A stretch of 64,000 nucleotides of DNA. It comes from Ylistrum balloti (lineage: Eukaryota). Below the pieces are notes generated by a model. The model saw nothing but the letters and a program-made list of their open reading frames with translations, was not told the DNA's origin and ran no database searches. How positions within the stretch are numbered: the stretch's first letter is position 1; every line of letters begins with the position of its first letter. Of this stretch, positions 13,869 to 27,502 are shown piece by piece. The translations under genes and the position numbers were made by a program. Location: contig NW_026782116.1 of the NCBI RefSeq assembly GCF_031769215.1, positions 124,001 through 188,000 of the forward strand, in the 5' to 3' direction.

Positions 13869-15813
13869 AGTAAGACCGGTTTTGCATCCATATTGGTCTG
13901 CTAAAGTTGTGTATGTATTATTAAAAAAGAATGACAGAAGAGAAGTTATTGCAAATTTGCTTCGTGAAAAATCATATGTACAGTGTAGTTACAGTGCCCA
14001 CTTTGTTATTTATCTCTGATATAATCCCCATAATATTGATCTGTAGCATGAATACAGCATCAAAAGTGAATGACAAATTTCAAAATGAGACAGTCTTGTT
14101 TGTTAAGCATTCTGCATTGACAACAGCAATAAAGACTGCAAACATATTTCTGTTGTTTTATTTGACACATTGTTTTCTTACATCTTAAACTTTATTCAGT
14201 ATACTTATTTTATAAGTCCCCAGATACCTAACATCTATATGTAGGTCAAGTTAAAATCAAGCATAATGAAGTGGTACTTTAGTTGCATTATTAATAAGGC
14301 AAGCGACATTAAATTACATTGGTCACATATTTCTATAAATCATGAATTCACACCTGTGTCATATTACCTTAAAATATAAAAAAAAAAGCAGTTCTTTACA
14401 ATGTACAAATTCTCTTTACAACAAATAAACATGATGGTTGATTGATCAACTTTGCTTTACAAGAACACAGGCAGTTTCTTCATTTCTATGGCAATTGTTT
14501 TACTGTTTGAAATCTTGCTGTCTACCATACGAACTTCCTATCCTTATCCTCTGATTATCTTAACACCATTTGGAAATGCTTCACTTTCTAGCTAATGTGG
14601 TAACTCTTTGTTTTGCTGCTGCTTCATATGGAACATCATTGTGTACAATCACTACTTTTTCAATACATGTATAGTTACATTTTATTGCTGGTTGGCAATT
14701 AAACAAAAGGTAGAATGTGCTTTAGCATTTAATGTGAAGGCATTTAGATTTAAGTACTGTACATGCATTTGTTTATCCTTATAGATGTAAATATATATTC
14801 ATAGTCAAATATTGGGGAGGCAGTATATATATATCTGATTTATACTTCTGTAAAACTATCCCACATAAGTGCCTACATGGTCATTTATTTTCTGCCTACA
14901 AAACTGTGAACATGCCCATATAGGACATTGACACACATAGAAGGTGAATCTATTGTGGAAAGGAATTAATTTTTTGATAAAAGCTTACATAATCATTTAC
15001 TCTTCTGGTTACTGAAGGAAAATTGTGTTAATAGAAACTTTATAACTATCAATTCAGGAAAAATACTGATACAGATGTATATATTATGAGTAAGCAGGAG
15101 GTCGTCTTTATATGATGTGTCTTGTAGATGTACTTGGACATTCAAACAAAACAATATCATGCATTCTGTTAATTAATGTCAGGTAAAAGTTAATGAGACA
15201 CTTAATAAATCTTTCAGAAAAAAATATAAATTACTTTAGAGGGAAAAACAAAATGTTTCTATTATTAAATAATTTTGGTATAATGAATTCTGCTGTTATG
15301 TATTCAGTAGGTGTTGATTTGTTACATGTTTTTAAGTAAGGCACCTGTCTCATGTGTAACATTGTATAATATATGTTACAGGCCAGTGTACAATGTATTC
15401 AGTATAAGTTGTCCAATGCAGTCATTTCTATTTTACCGAGCTTGCGCAGTGCTGTATATATGGGACATTCATTGTATACAAGTGTTTGCAATATGGAAGG
15501 AAGTAACCTTTGAACATAGGTTTAAAGTGAAGACCATCAATGAATTTTTTCTATTTGGCTGATTTATTTTGGGAAAATAACCAAATGCGTGCAATAAATT
15601 TACCTATTGCATTACCTGCAATGCGATTTGGAATATGTATACCAACCCAAGTACTTCTTCCACCTGGATTTACTATGGGGACTAACAAAATTGTGGTGCA
15701 TACTTTTTTTCCTTTGATGATGGTTTTTGTGACATTGTGTTACATTATTTTATTTCAAATAAGTTGTTTTATAAGTATTCTTGTTTTTTTTCTCACAGAC
15801 ACTCAACGTTCAG

Positions 15814-16584
15814 ATGAATCGGAATCAAAGAAATCATTCCAACTTTCGTGGGAATCGTGGTGGCGACAGGGATGGAGGGATTGATTTTAATAGACAAGGG
15901 CTGCTTGGAGAACCACCAGGGATAGGGGGAATGAATAGTCCTCCAATGACAGGTGGACTAGGCCTATTGGGGAGTGCTCCAGGACAGGGAATGCCAGCAG
16001 GGAATCTCTCTGGGCCATTAGGAGCAGGAATGAACCAAAATATGTTTGGTGGAATGGGAGGAATGGGGCCACAGATGGGGTTGGGTCAAGGAGGAATGGG
16101 ACACCAACACCAGGGAAGAGGAGGAATGGGACAGACACACAACCAAACTGACATGAACCGTGGCGGCCAAGGCGGTATGAACAATGGGGGAGGTAACCAG
16201 GGTATGATGGGTATGCAGCAACAGATGGCAGCAGCAGCAATGAGGGACTCACAGCTCCAACTGGTCAGTAATCTCATACAGCAACAAGGAGGCATGTCCT
16301 CATCATTGATGGGTAGTCCTAACCAGGGTGGAGTTATGTCTGGGGGCCATGGCATGGGAAGTGGAGCTGGCTTGATGGGCATGGGTGGTATAGGCATCAA
16401 CGAGATAGATCGGAACTCAGAACGAAGAAACAGTGGTGGAAACAGTATCCCATCACTGTTTGACATCAACACCAAAAAGACAGGACTGCTTGGAAAAAGA
16501 GGAAACAACAACAGTAGAGATCGTGAGAGTCGCTTTTCTAACAACCAGAATAGTAACAAACGGATGAGACAGAACAGTCAGGGG
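15814..16584 (+). CDS. Matrin-type zinc-finger protein (MATR3/CIZ1/ZNF638 family), coding exon 1: G/M/Q/N-rich low-complexity N-terminus
   Basis: Acceptor tctcacag| at 15798, ATG at 15814, donor GGG|gtaagt at 16584 (771 nt, phase 0). Confidence 0.85.
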
Positions 16585-18964
16585 GTAAGTTACATTTATA
16601 CTAACTGCTCTATTTACAACAGGAGCATACACAGAACTTGTAGAAGTTTTTTCATCATACCAAACAGCTAGATTTACATAAATATGTTATATTACACTCA
16701 AACACTGTTCACATCGTAAAAAGTGAAGGGGTATATATTATAAACTTTAACTACATTGTACACTGCAAACTGTTGTTGCTAAATCTGAAGTGTACAGAGA
16801 AAGAATAAGAAATCTTGTGTTAAAATTCTTTGCACGTTTCTGATTTAAAGGATATATGAAGTTGTGGTAATTGGCATTTAATAGCTGTCTTGTCATTTTA
16901 CATATATTAGGTAATAGAGCTGGTGATTGCATAAATCATCATGATTCAAGAAAAAATTGATTAAAATATTTCTGTTGTTAACTGGTTTATGATAAGGAGT
17001 GTTTTCATAAATATTCCAATTCACCTACAGATATTAGTTTGTACAGTTGTAGTAATTGAAGAAGACAGTGACATTGAAATGGTGCTATATTTTAATAAAA
17101 AGACACTTGGATGATACAATATACTTTTCATCACCGTTATATTCAACTATTAAAAAGACTGAACTTTCTATGATAATGACATCCTTCAGAATAATATCTG
17201 CATGAAAATCATATCACATTACAAGAAATTTTCCTGCAAATTTTGGACTGGGGTCCTATGCATTGGGAAGTTTATATGTGGTAAAATGTGAAATTTGATT
17301 ACAAATAATCAGCACTTCGTTTTGAGTTTTTAAATAAGTTTAAGATATTTTCTGGTTCAAAATTAGATGAGGCATAAAACTTCAATTAATTTTTAGGTGT
17401 CTTTGGAAGATCCTGTTATGGGAAAAAATCTGAAGAAAAAAAATAGTGTAATCTTCATTTCATTGAAAATCTAGATTTTCAAGTTTTGATAGCTAAATTC
17501 TCTGGGAGAAGTTATTTAAATTTTCTCTTCCATCACTTTTAATATTGCATTTACCAAATACATATACTTCAAGTTGTTTAAACATCATGATTGCAAGTTT
17601 GCAAGTAAAGGGAATATTAACTCTTTTTTTCTTCTGAAAACATCAAAACAGCAACTGAAATATATTTGGTACGTGTACCAGCTGAACTGCATGATTTTAC
17701 TGTTTAAGATGTGGATTCTTTCATTTATATCTCTTGGCATCATTGTAACTTTGTATTGAAGTCAAATCTACTGTGTATAATTTACTACAGTTATACATGT
17801 AGGCCTGGTACTTTTGGAGATTACATTCAACAGAACATCATGTCAATCATATCAGAAAATATGCACACTATCATATTTGGAAGGAATTACACTTGTCAAA
17901 AATTTAGTGGCCAGCATGAAGTCGTTGGTGTCTCAGCTATCAGAGGATTATGGTCATGGGATGTTTTATATCTTAAGACAAAGGAATAACAGATCGTTTC
18001 CTATTTCATGTTTGAGGTACCTATTATCTTTCAGAAATTTAAAGGTTTTTCATCTACATTTAATTCATTAGCTCAGTTAAAAACAATGCACACATGCTGG
18101 GGAAGTTTCATTTCTGCTTTGATGTAAGTAGTATCTTCAAAGCATTTATTTTTAGATTGCATGAAACATTCCCAAGTTGCTGTGTTTATTTCTTCTCTGA
18201 TATAGCTCTGTGCAAACTGTCATATTCTGGTCAGCTTTGGATTATATTTTATTTACAGAGAAGATCTCTTTTTGAAGGACAACAGATGTTTACAACAGTT
18301 CATCCATAAAACTGACACCTCGGGAGACATTTTAAAACATCCTCTGATTGGTGTTTTATGTGCTTTGTTAAATCATTATTGATTACTCATTAACTGCTGT
18401 TTTTCAACAGTTTAATTCTTAATCGAAATTGAATTTTATCTGATGACAAATGTGTGTAATTAATTTGTGTCTGTCCTACATTCTAGCTATCACCATTATG
18501 AATAGAGAACAAAGTGCACATATTCGTTCCCAGTACACCACTGTCAAATGATTTCTATTTACCTCCCAGCAGTTTAAAATCTTCAGTACTGAACTGTCTG
18601 TTGATGATTAAATTTCATTCCCTAACAGATTTTCTCCCTTTGGTCCTGGTCCCTATTTCCCAACCTTCTGTGTATCTTTGTTCAGATCATTTTCCCAGTA
18701 AATGGGTATTTTTTGATGTCATGGTGAATCCAGAATTTATTTCGTGTACTTCATAGATGTGCTGTGTTTTCACATTGTTTGTCTGTAATATTTTGTTCAT
18801 TTACTCATTCATCTGTCGTTTACTCACTCATTTGTTCATTCATCATTCACTCATCTGTCATTAATTCCAATCACTCATTGTGTATATCAGCTATTGTTCA
18901 TGCCTGTGACAGTTCAATTGATCGGATCCTAAACTTTGGGCCCCCTGTCTTGTCCCCCTTTCAG

Positions 18965-19157
18965 CTATCCCCTCGAGGCTATCACCAAAACCGTCAAGGT
19001 CATCAATATCGTCAGAGTCGCTGGAGCGATCGCAGCCCCACCCGAGCTGGCGGTGTCCGCCCGAGAGAGCGAGATTTCCGACGTCCGTCAAGCAGGGACT
19101 CAAAATACTCTGACCGTTCCCCGAACTCCCGCACTTCGCGGGACAGGCGGGAATCAG
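18965..19157 (+). CDS. Matrin-type ZnF protein exon 2 (RS/RD-rich)
   Basis: Acceptor ccccctttcag|CTA. Encodes LSPRGYHQ...SRDRRES. Donor G|gtactg (phase 1). Confidence 0.8.
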
Positions 19158-20714
19158 GTACTGTAGTTCTGCTGCTTTTCTCATTTTGCAGTTGCCTCCC
19201 CTTTACTGCTTACACATCTTTGTACTTACTATACATCTTCATACATTTGTTATACAGTGTAGCTTTGTCTTTGTTTTTGTTTTTATTCTTGAAAATATGA
19301 AAGCTGTACATCAAACCCTTTGTCATCATTCAGCTATACATTTAGTACAGATTTTATTTCAGAAATCTGATGTTTTGTGGAATACCCATTTCTGGAATAA
19401 CAAATTTGAGTGAGGTAGTATAAAACATAATATGTTCTAAAGAGGTCTTTTAAGGTCATACTTTACAGAGATGTTTTCATTGTATTTCACCTCTTTGATG
19501 CATTTGTCATTAAGAGAGTGTGTTCACTACAGCAATCCCAAGGTTTCCATAAGTGATCTGTATTATCATAATGTTTATACAGGGTGCACCTGTTCTAATT
19601 AACTGGATCAAAGCACATTTCACCATCTAATGCCATGCTGGTGCCGGCTGTTTATTTTCTTTATAATATATACACACTAATACAAATCTGTTGGTCCACT
19701 ATATCATTGAATCACAGGATTGGATGAGGGGCCTTGCTTGAAAAAATGTTCCACTTTACTCCCGAGTATTTCTGATATTCTGTCTTTGTCCTTAAGGAAA
19801 GTTGTATTTGCAGGTCTTTCAATACCTTTGAAAAAAGATCAACATGCAGCAGTATGAGAACATCCTCAGTTAAAACAACATCTTCTAAAAGTCTGGTATC
19901 CATATGAAATGTCAGAATGGTTTGGATCTTACCTGCTCTGGATTACATTACACTACTTTACTGTAAGGTGCAATCATTGTCCATCAGAAATATGCTTCCA
20001 TTACACATATCTGTAAATACATTGATTGATGCAGCACAATGTTTGAAATGTTTGAGTTTGTTTAGAGGTGTTTAATGCTCTTGTCTGGAATTTTAACAAA
20101 TCTTCTTTTCTAATAAAACCTTAATTTATTTGTCTAGTCCATGCAATAGAAAACATGTTATATTCTATTAAATAAAGGATTCTTGGAGTTTCTTTTCAAT
20201 TGAAGCTATAGCTGTTTGTGGTGTAGATGTGTATATTTCACTTGTCATTTCCCTTCTCTGTCTTCAGTCTACTCTTCTGTTTGTCTCTTTATTCTCTTAA
20301 ATCTGTATTTCCAAAATGTGCATACACTGGTGGTTGGCTGCATCGAACTGGATACTACTTTCGTATCAAGTTTATGTACATTTCAAAATTTCTTTCAGAA
20401 ATACAATTGCAATATATTGGTTTGTATTGACTCAAGAGATGTATGTATATACACTTACATATTTATTATGCCAGCATCTGCAGCAAATGTACCCGGTAGA
20501 CTGTATATGGTCAAGCATTTCATTATACTTGCTTTCCTTAAAGATTTTCACATCTGATATTGCAAATACGTCATATTTAAATTGTGAATTAGATTTAAAT
20601 GTACTAAAAGATATTCATTTTGTCATTTTTAAAAAAAGTGCTGTCATTATTTTTAGTCATACCGCCATACCTTTACAGTATCTGATACTTTTAGGTCTCC
20701 ATGTATTGGTTAGA

Positions 20715-21830
20715 CCTACATGATAGCCCCAGTACCTACTAGTTCTACATGATAGACCCAGTACCTACTAGTTCTACATGATAGACCCAGTACCTACTAG
20801 TTCTACATGATAGACCCAGTACCTACTAGTTCTGCATGATAGCTCCAGTACCTACTAGTTCTACATGATAGACCCAGTACCTACTAGTTCTACATGATAG
20901 GCCCAGTACCTACTAGTTCTACATGATAGACTCAGTACCAACTATTCCTACATGATAGACCCAGTTCCTACTAGTCCTACAAGATAAACTCAGTACCTAC
21001 TAGTTCTACATGATAGCTCCAATACCTACTAGTTCTACATGATAGCTCCAGTACCTACTAGTTCTACATGATAGACCCAGTACCTACTAGTTCTACATGA
21101 TAGACCCAGTACCTACTAGTTCTACATGATAGCTCCAGTACCTACTAGTTCTACATGATAGACCCAGTACCTACTAATTCTACATGATAGGCCCAGTACC
21201 TACTAGTTCTACATGATAGACTCAGTACCAACTATTCCTACATGATAGACCCAGTTCCTACTAGTCCTACAAGATAAACTCAGTACCTACTAGTTCTACA
21301 TGATAGCCCCAGTACCTACTAGTTCTACATGATAGACCCAGTACCTACTAGTTCTACATGATAGACCCAGTACCTACTAGTCCTACATGATAGACCCAGT
21401 TCCTACTAGTTCTACATGATAGACCCAGTACCTACTAGTTCTACATTATAGCTCCAGCACCTACTAGTTCTACATGATAGCTCCAGCACCTACTAGTTCT
21501 ACATGCTAGACCCAGTACCTACTAGTTCTACATGATAGCTCTAGTACCTACTAGTCCTACATGATAGACCCAGTACCTACTAGTTCTACATGATAGACCC
21601 AGTACCTTCTAGTTCTACATGATAGACCCAGTACCTACTAGTCCTACATGATAGCTCCAGCACCTACTAGTTCTACATGATAGACCCAGTACCTACTAGT
21701 TCTACATGATAGCTCCAGTACCTACTAGTTCTACATGATAGACCCAGTACCTACTAGTCCTACATGATAGCCCCAGTACCTACTAGTTCTACATGATAGC
21801 CCCAGTACCTACTAGTCCTACATGATGGAT
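20715..21830. repeat. 29-bp minisatellite, about 38 copies
   Basis: Consensus CCCAGTACCTACTAGTTCTACATGATAGA; 29-bp period read directly. Intronic. Confidence 0.97.
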
Positions 21831-22052
21831 CTACTTGTCCACTTTTGCATGAAATGATCTCGGTATTTCCTTTTTCTTTAATGACAAAGTAACAATGTTT
21901 TATTTAGAAATTATCCTAAAAATACCTTCAGATACTAGAGTACAACCCTCCTCCACAACATCCTAATATCTCTCTATTCTCTATAATAAGACCCAGGAAA
22001 TGGCAGTCTTAATACAGATCCCTGTTCTTTCCGTGCATGTACCAGAGAGTTA

Positions 22053-23126
22053 TAGTAAAACATGTTTATAAACGAACCTTTGGGGACCAAGAGAATCAGT
22101 TTGTTATATACATAATTCATTATACACTTAACCAATAACCAATTTAGGAAAAATATTGCAGGATGTTATCAGAAAATATGGAAAAACAAAAATTAACAGA
22201 AGACAAAATTTTATTTGTTCAATTAACAGCTGTACTTTTCCCAACATACAGAACGACACATAGTTTTACAAGTATGTCTCATTTGAAAAGTTGCAACCAT
22301 GGCCAGCCATTAATAAATTCAAAGATATTCTCTCCAAGTCGTTTTTTGAATTTATCAAATTTTACCAATAAAATATACAGAGATAACAAAAATGTTTTAT
22401 TTCTTTTTTTCTACAAACCATTGATATAGAGTCTTATCAACAGTTTCGTATGAAGCACTCCGTTGTTTTTTCCTGCTTGGCAATGAATTTAGGGCACAGT
22501 ACTTTTTCAGAATTTCAGTGCGATTTTTCAAAATTGTACTGAGTGTTGATGCCAGGATTTCAAACTTGCCTGCAATTTCCCATTGTAGTGGTCCTATTGT
22601 CAACTTTGTTGATAATTTAATACTTAGTTTCAAGAGTAATAGTCTTTCTCTTATGAGGTGGTGATGACAAAGCCATTTCAAAACTAACAACAACTTAAAT
22701 AGTACTGGCTGTTTTATTATTCGATAAAAAGAGTTCAGTAACTCATAAAATCTAAAATGCAATAGAACACCTGAGGTATGTAAAACTACAATTCACTATA
22801 TTTATAATTACCTTTCCTGCGTTTGGCACTTATTTGGACATGGGTATCAAAATTTGTGTACATGCATGTAAGATCTGCACCATTATTGGAAGGTCACTGT
22901 GGCATGACGACTTCCGAGGGCCACTTCATGATATAGTCACTAATTAGCATTGATATTTACCCGAGAGGATTTAGAAGATGCCTTGTAAGAGACCTTTATT
23001 TTCTTTGTGAAATCCATTATATTTGAAATTTACATACAAATGATAAGGCACTTTTCGGGAATGAACAAGGCTACGTTATAGCAATAAATTTGCTATAAGT
23101 GTGTTCGTTATAAACATGTTTTATTG
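22053..23126 (-). mobile_element. Internally deleted Tigger/pogo DNA transposon with decayed transposase N-terminus (CENP-B-type HTH)
   Basis: Termini TAGTAAAACATGTTTATAAACGAAC (22053) and, as reverse complement, CAATAAAACATGTTTATAACGAAC (ending 23126), each flanked by TA. ORF 22397-22762 contains EIAGKFEILASTLSTILKNR...KKQRSASYETVDKTLYQWF. A downstream NGWPWLQLFK*RH remnant follows. Confidence 0.8.
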
Positions 23127-23503
23127 TAAGTTTATTCATGCTCTTTCAACTTGTAGATCAATCATGCATGGAGGAATGTTCTATACCAATTTCTCTTTTG
23201 GAAAAAAATCTGCACAAGGAATGTAGGTTAAGAAAAAACGACTTCAAACTTTACTTGTAGAGTTTAATAAAATAAACAAGTATTTCAACCTGTAATCATT
23301 GGTTGTAAACACACAACTGGTCAGCATTCCCACTGGTCAGTCCTATTGGTGCCATGAACTAAGGAAGGTTGCACATACTTTCTAAGTATATATGAGAAGA
23401 ATCTGTCACATTGCTAGACAGAGTGTGCCTAGTTTGGTATACTAAAGTAAGATAACAGCTGAAATATGCACAGTATCATTACTGTATTGTGTGACTTTTA
23501 TAG

Positions 23504-23580
23504 GATCATCGAGAAAGGAGGAGTCTGAGGAGTATGATCCCGCTCAGCCAACAGAAGAGGATGACGAGCTTGAAGTTCCA
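23504..23580 (+). CDS. Matrin-type ZnF protein exon 3
   Basis: ttatag|GA completes Gly from the phase-1 donor. Encodes SSRKEESEEYDPAQPTEEDDELEVP. Donor |gtatgt. Confidence 0.8.
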
Positions 23581-24188
23581 GTATGTAATACTATATTTAC
23601 TTTAGATGAGATATCCTTTTGAAAAGTATTAGTACTAGACCTATTTCTGGTAATTTCCTCTCAGAACTAGTAACTTCATGGCAGTGTTAAAAGGTTTTTC
23701 TTACATAATTGGCCTGTTAACATACCCTAGATAGTTTTTCACTGTCACAGTGAAATGACTGTCTGTTTGATTTTGTCCTCCACACTTTCCCTTGAAAACT
23801 TATCAAAATGAAAGTCTCTGAATCATGTGATGAAAACTATCTTAGATTTGTTTCATTTCATGAGGAAATATAAAAACTGATCTCAAAGTTTTAATTTTTT
23901 CTTTCCAAGGCCCACAAAAATAAAATCTTCTAAGACTCCTTTCATAAAATCTTGTATCAAATAAAAAAACTTATTCAAGAGCCTATATTATTTACTATAT
24001 AGGAAACTGCATCAACAGCTTGTCTTAGTTTAGTACACTTAATTGCTAACCTCTGATTTATATATAATTGGCCTGGCTATTGAGATTTTAGAACATTTGT
24101 ATATAGATATAATGGTATTATACTCTTGTGATGTTAATTTGTTTTCCTTTTGTACTGTAATTTGATGACACCAGTATGTGTTGTATAG

Positions 24189-24392
24189 CCACTGGAGAGT
24201 GACCCAGAGGATGTCCTGATACCTGAGGTAACCGTTCAGCTGGACCATGATGACAAACAGTCCAAAGAGGAAGATGTGGATGAATCTATGGAAGAGGACA
24301 CCAAGTCTCCAGGATTAGCAGAGGGTGGTGACTCCAGCCTTACTATCACACTCAGCGGGTCGGGACGCTCTGTAAATGATACCAACACAGAG
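24189..24392 (+). CDS. Matrin-type ZnF protein exon 4 (acidic)
   Basis: ttgtatag|CCA...GAG|gtattt, 204 nt, open: PLESDPEDVLIPEV...NDTNTE. Confidence 0.78.
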
Positions 24393-24505
24393 GTATTTAA
24401 TGCAAACAAAAAAAACTAAAAGTTTAGTGAATATTTTTGCTTAAAATTTATGTACAATTGAATGGAGGCAAACAATGGTAACTTAAACATAATTTGACGT
24501 TGTAG

Positions 24506-24583
24506 AAGACTGATGATACCACTCCAACGAAAAAATCCAGTTACTACTGCCATGCCTGTGGAGTAGAATGTCGTACAGAGGAG
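24506..24583 (+). CDS. Matrin-type ZnF protein exon 5 (first half of zinc finger 1)
   Basis: ttgtag|AAG...GAG|gtatgt. Encodes KTDDTTPTKKSSYYCHACGVECRTEE. Confidence 0.88.
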
Positions 24584-25402
24584 GTATGTACCGAAATTGT
24601 ATGGCCAATTACATGTTACTAAAATTTGACCAAATGTGCTTTGAAAACGGTGCGACTGTTTACTGTAATTTATAATATCAGATTGCATATTTTAAATAAT
24701 TAAGCAAATAAAAGATAAAGAAATCACTGTCCTCAATGGAAAAACAAAGCAAACTACTTTTAATTTGGCTTCATATGATTTCATTAAAAAAAACCTGAGT
24801 CAGTTTGGCATATCAGAAAGTTTTAGTCAATGACATGAGATATGAAGGTATTTTCATGGTACTGCCTGTAACCAGGAAGTAGGCCTGTCAGTTTCTTATG
24901 GTAGAAATCTCATCTAAGAGAAAGAAAATAGGTAAAGAATTAAGGAAATTTTCTTTTTTCATAGCATTTTGGATTAGAAAGATTTGCATGTGCATCCAAT
25001 GTCGCAATTTCAAAAATATATTTTTTGGATTCAAAGAAGAGATCTGTCAAGCAAGATTCAGAAGTATTACAGCAGTAATCTGGATACCTTTCTTACTGTT
25101 TATGATAATGATTTTCATCTTCATTATTATTGTCTTGTTTTGAAATTTTCATATGCTGTTTTGATAATTTTTTTGTGTACATCATATCATCATGAATTCA
25201 TATATGTGATTTGATGACAGAATCAATAAACAACCAATTCTGTTGCTTGATCTATCGATGCTCTGAATTCTTCTACCTGGTAAACCAAACCACTGCTCTT
25301 AAAAGTGAATGAAAAGAATTAAGACCTGGTGAAATTGATCACAATATGTATGACAGCTTTCAGTGCTCTGCAAGTGTTCATCAGTGATCTTTTGTATTAC
25401 AG

Positions 25403-25542
25403 GGGTTTGCCAAACATATGAATGGAAAGAAGCACAAGGTGAGGATGGAAAGTCTACTTACTTTGCATCAGGAGAAGTCAAAGCAGTTTGAGGCACGAAT
25501 CAAAGCTGAGGAGCACCTGCGAAAGATTGAGGGGAAGCCTAG
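25403..25542 (+). CDS. Matrin-type ZnF protein exon 6 (second half of zinc finger 1)
   Basis: GFAKHMNGKKHKVRMESL... completes C-x2-C-x12-H-x5-H (U1/matrin-type finger). Donor AG|gtagga. Confidence 0.88.
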
Positions 25543-25717
25543 GTAGGAAGCCATAGATAAGTCTTTCTCTATAGAAATATGGTATCCAGCTGGAATTGTC
25601 AAAAGTCTCATGCTAAACAAAAAATGTGCAGATAACTGTTTACATCATAATGTAATTAATAGCATGATAATGACATTTAAATATTCCTGTTATCGTGTAA
25701 TGTTTGTCTTGTTCTAG

Positions 25718-25787
25718 GAATGAAAGACGCAGCAGTGGTGGAGATGGTGGCCGGTATCAGCACTTTTCTGGGCGATACTCCAGAGAG
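25718..25787 (+). CDS. Matrin-type ZnF protein exon 7
   Basis: ttctag|G AAT...GAG|gtgagg; phase 2 in, phase 0 out. Encodes NERRSSGGDGGRYQHFSGRYSRE. Confidence 0.8.
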
Positions 25788-26363
25788 GTGAGGGTGGTAA
25801 TATTACTCGATTGCATAGTGAAGGTTTCAGGAGATTGAAAAGTATATGATTTCTGTTTTGTAAATTATTGTTGTAAAATCACCTGTCTTATATTCTTGGC
25901 GATATTCTTCGTTAAAACTTAGCTACTCACTAATAGAATTGTTGTGTAGTTTCCAGGACTTTTTTAGTTGCCAAATTAAGTCATAGAAATTTGATTTAAA
26001 TACATTTTTAAAGTAACAAAATTTGCTATTAAAACAAAGGTATACAATGGATTCTTTTTATGGTGGAATCTAAGGTTTCAGTGCATTTGCTGTTTTCCAA
26101 AGTATGCTGTTGTGATACTAAATGACCAATATTTGATTTTCATTTATTGTAGGTGACAGTGATAATGTTAGTCACTAAAGCATAAACATTCTACTAGTTG
26201 TTTAATATAAGCAGGTTTCAATAGACAATGCCAAATGAAAATCAAATATTTTCTATGGTAAAGAATTGTTATTGTGCCAGAATCTTTAGGTAGAGCTAAG
26301 GGTAGTAAGTAGAACCAGTCTGCTGCAATTGGCTGTCATTTTATCCTGAAGATAAATTACGTA

Positions 26364-27502
26364 CAGTTGAAACTCATCTCGAAACCCCTTGAGTCTAAAT
26401 TCTGTTTGAGTTGAAATAATTTCCAAGTCCTGATTCTTTGCCTTTCATTATCATTACAATTTTAGTGTGGATGCTTCGAATTCCATTTAGTCAAAATTTA
26501 GTTTGAGTTCAGTGATTTTTCGGTCCCTTCAAAAGCAAGGGAAAAGTCATTTGTTGTCTCGAAATTAATTTTTGTGAAAACATCAGCATTACTTCTAAAG
26601 AAATCAGTCCATACATACACCGTCAATGTGTGTTACATATGACTAGTTACAGTGTATCAGTCCATCGTACATACAACACTTGGTCTCTGATAATGAATTA
26701 CTAGTTTAATTATCCAATTAAAAGTTGGCTTCTTAATGTCACCATCCTGTAATAGTGACTTCCTTGTAACTTAAACAAGTAGCATGTTTACACAAGACAT
26801 GACAACAGCTATCATGGTTGCATGTATCTTTAGGAATGATAAAAACAAAACGATAAAACCAGTACAAACTTTGTGACAAATCTGATCCCCATAATTTCCA
26901 AGAGAAACTGGTTTTGGTGTGTGTTTACTAAAGGACTGTGATCAGGTACTTTACTAGATTTAGTGCTCAGACAATGCAGTGCTGGAAGAATTTTTTCATT
27001 GATACAATCTATATATGTACATGATTTGTTATGTCTTGACAAGTGCTTGTATACTGTAATCTATAACTGGTAAAAACTTTCCAGTGCTGCCTTTTTCATT
27101 TTTATTCATTCATAGTAAAGTCATGTCAATATGATCTATAGCTTCATAGATGATTTCTAGTAGCCTAACAGATTTTTAGGGAGTGTACACGTGTGTGGGT
27201 CAAATGAAGTGAGTACAAATGAAGTTAAATTGTGTTGTTATTACTTTTTTTGTTATTTGGATGAGTAAACAATGAAAAGTAAAAAAGCAGAAATATATTT
27301 TTTTCTGTTTATATACTGCCATTTCAAATAACAGATTGAAATAATCTATTTTTTAGCACGATGTACTGTGCTCTCATAGCCCTACTTTGTTCAGCCATTA
27401 TCAACATGAGGACAATAATATCATCAACCTTAATTTGGCACTTTGTTTGAGTCAAAATATTTTGCACTGTCCCTTAAATTTCGAGATAACGAGTTTCAAC
27501 TG
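26364..27502. mobile_element. Non-autonomous Tc1/pogo-type element (TIRs with TA flanks)
   Basis: TA-CAGTTGAAACTC-ATCTCGAAA at 26362 and TTTCGAGAT-AAC-GAGTTTCAACTG-TA ending at 27504 are inverted copies differing by a 3-bp indel. No transposase seen inside. Confidence 0.65.

Noticed and set aside
15887-16559. Minus-strand ORFs of 121-157 aa
   Set aside because: Antisense shadows of the Gly/Met-rich coding exon.
17803-17989. Possible extra exon of the zinc-finger gene
   Set aside because: Reading frame ends in a stop with no convincing donor, and the flanking exons already join in phase.
20715-21830. CRISPR-like appearance of the 29-bp array
   Set aside because: Units abut with no unique spacers, there are no cas genes and the context is a eukaryotic intron.
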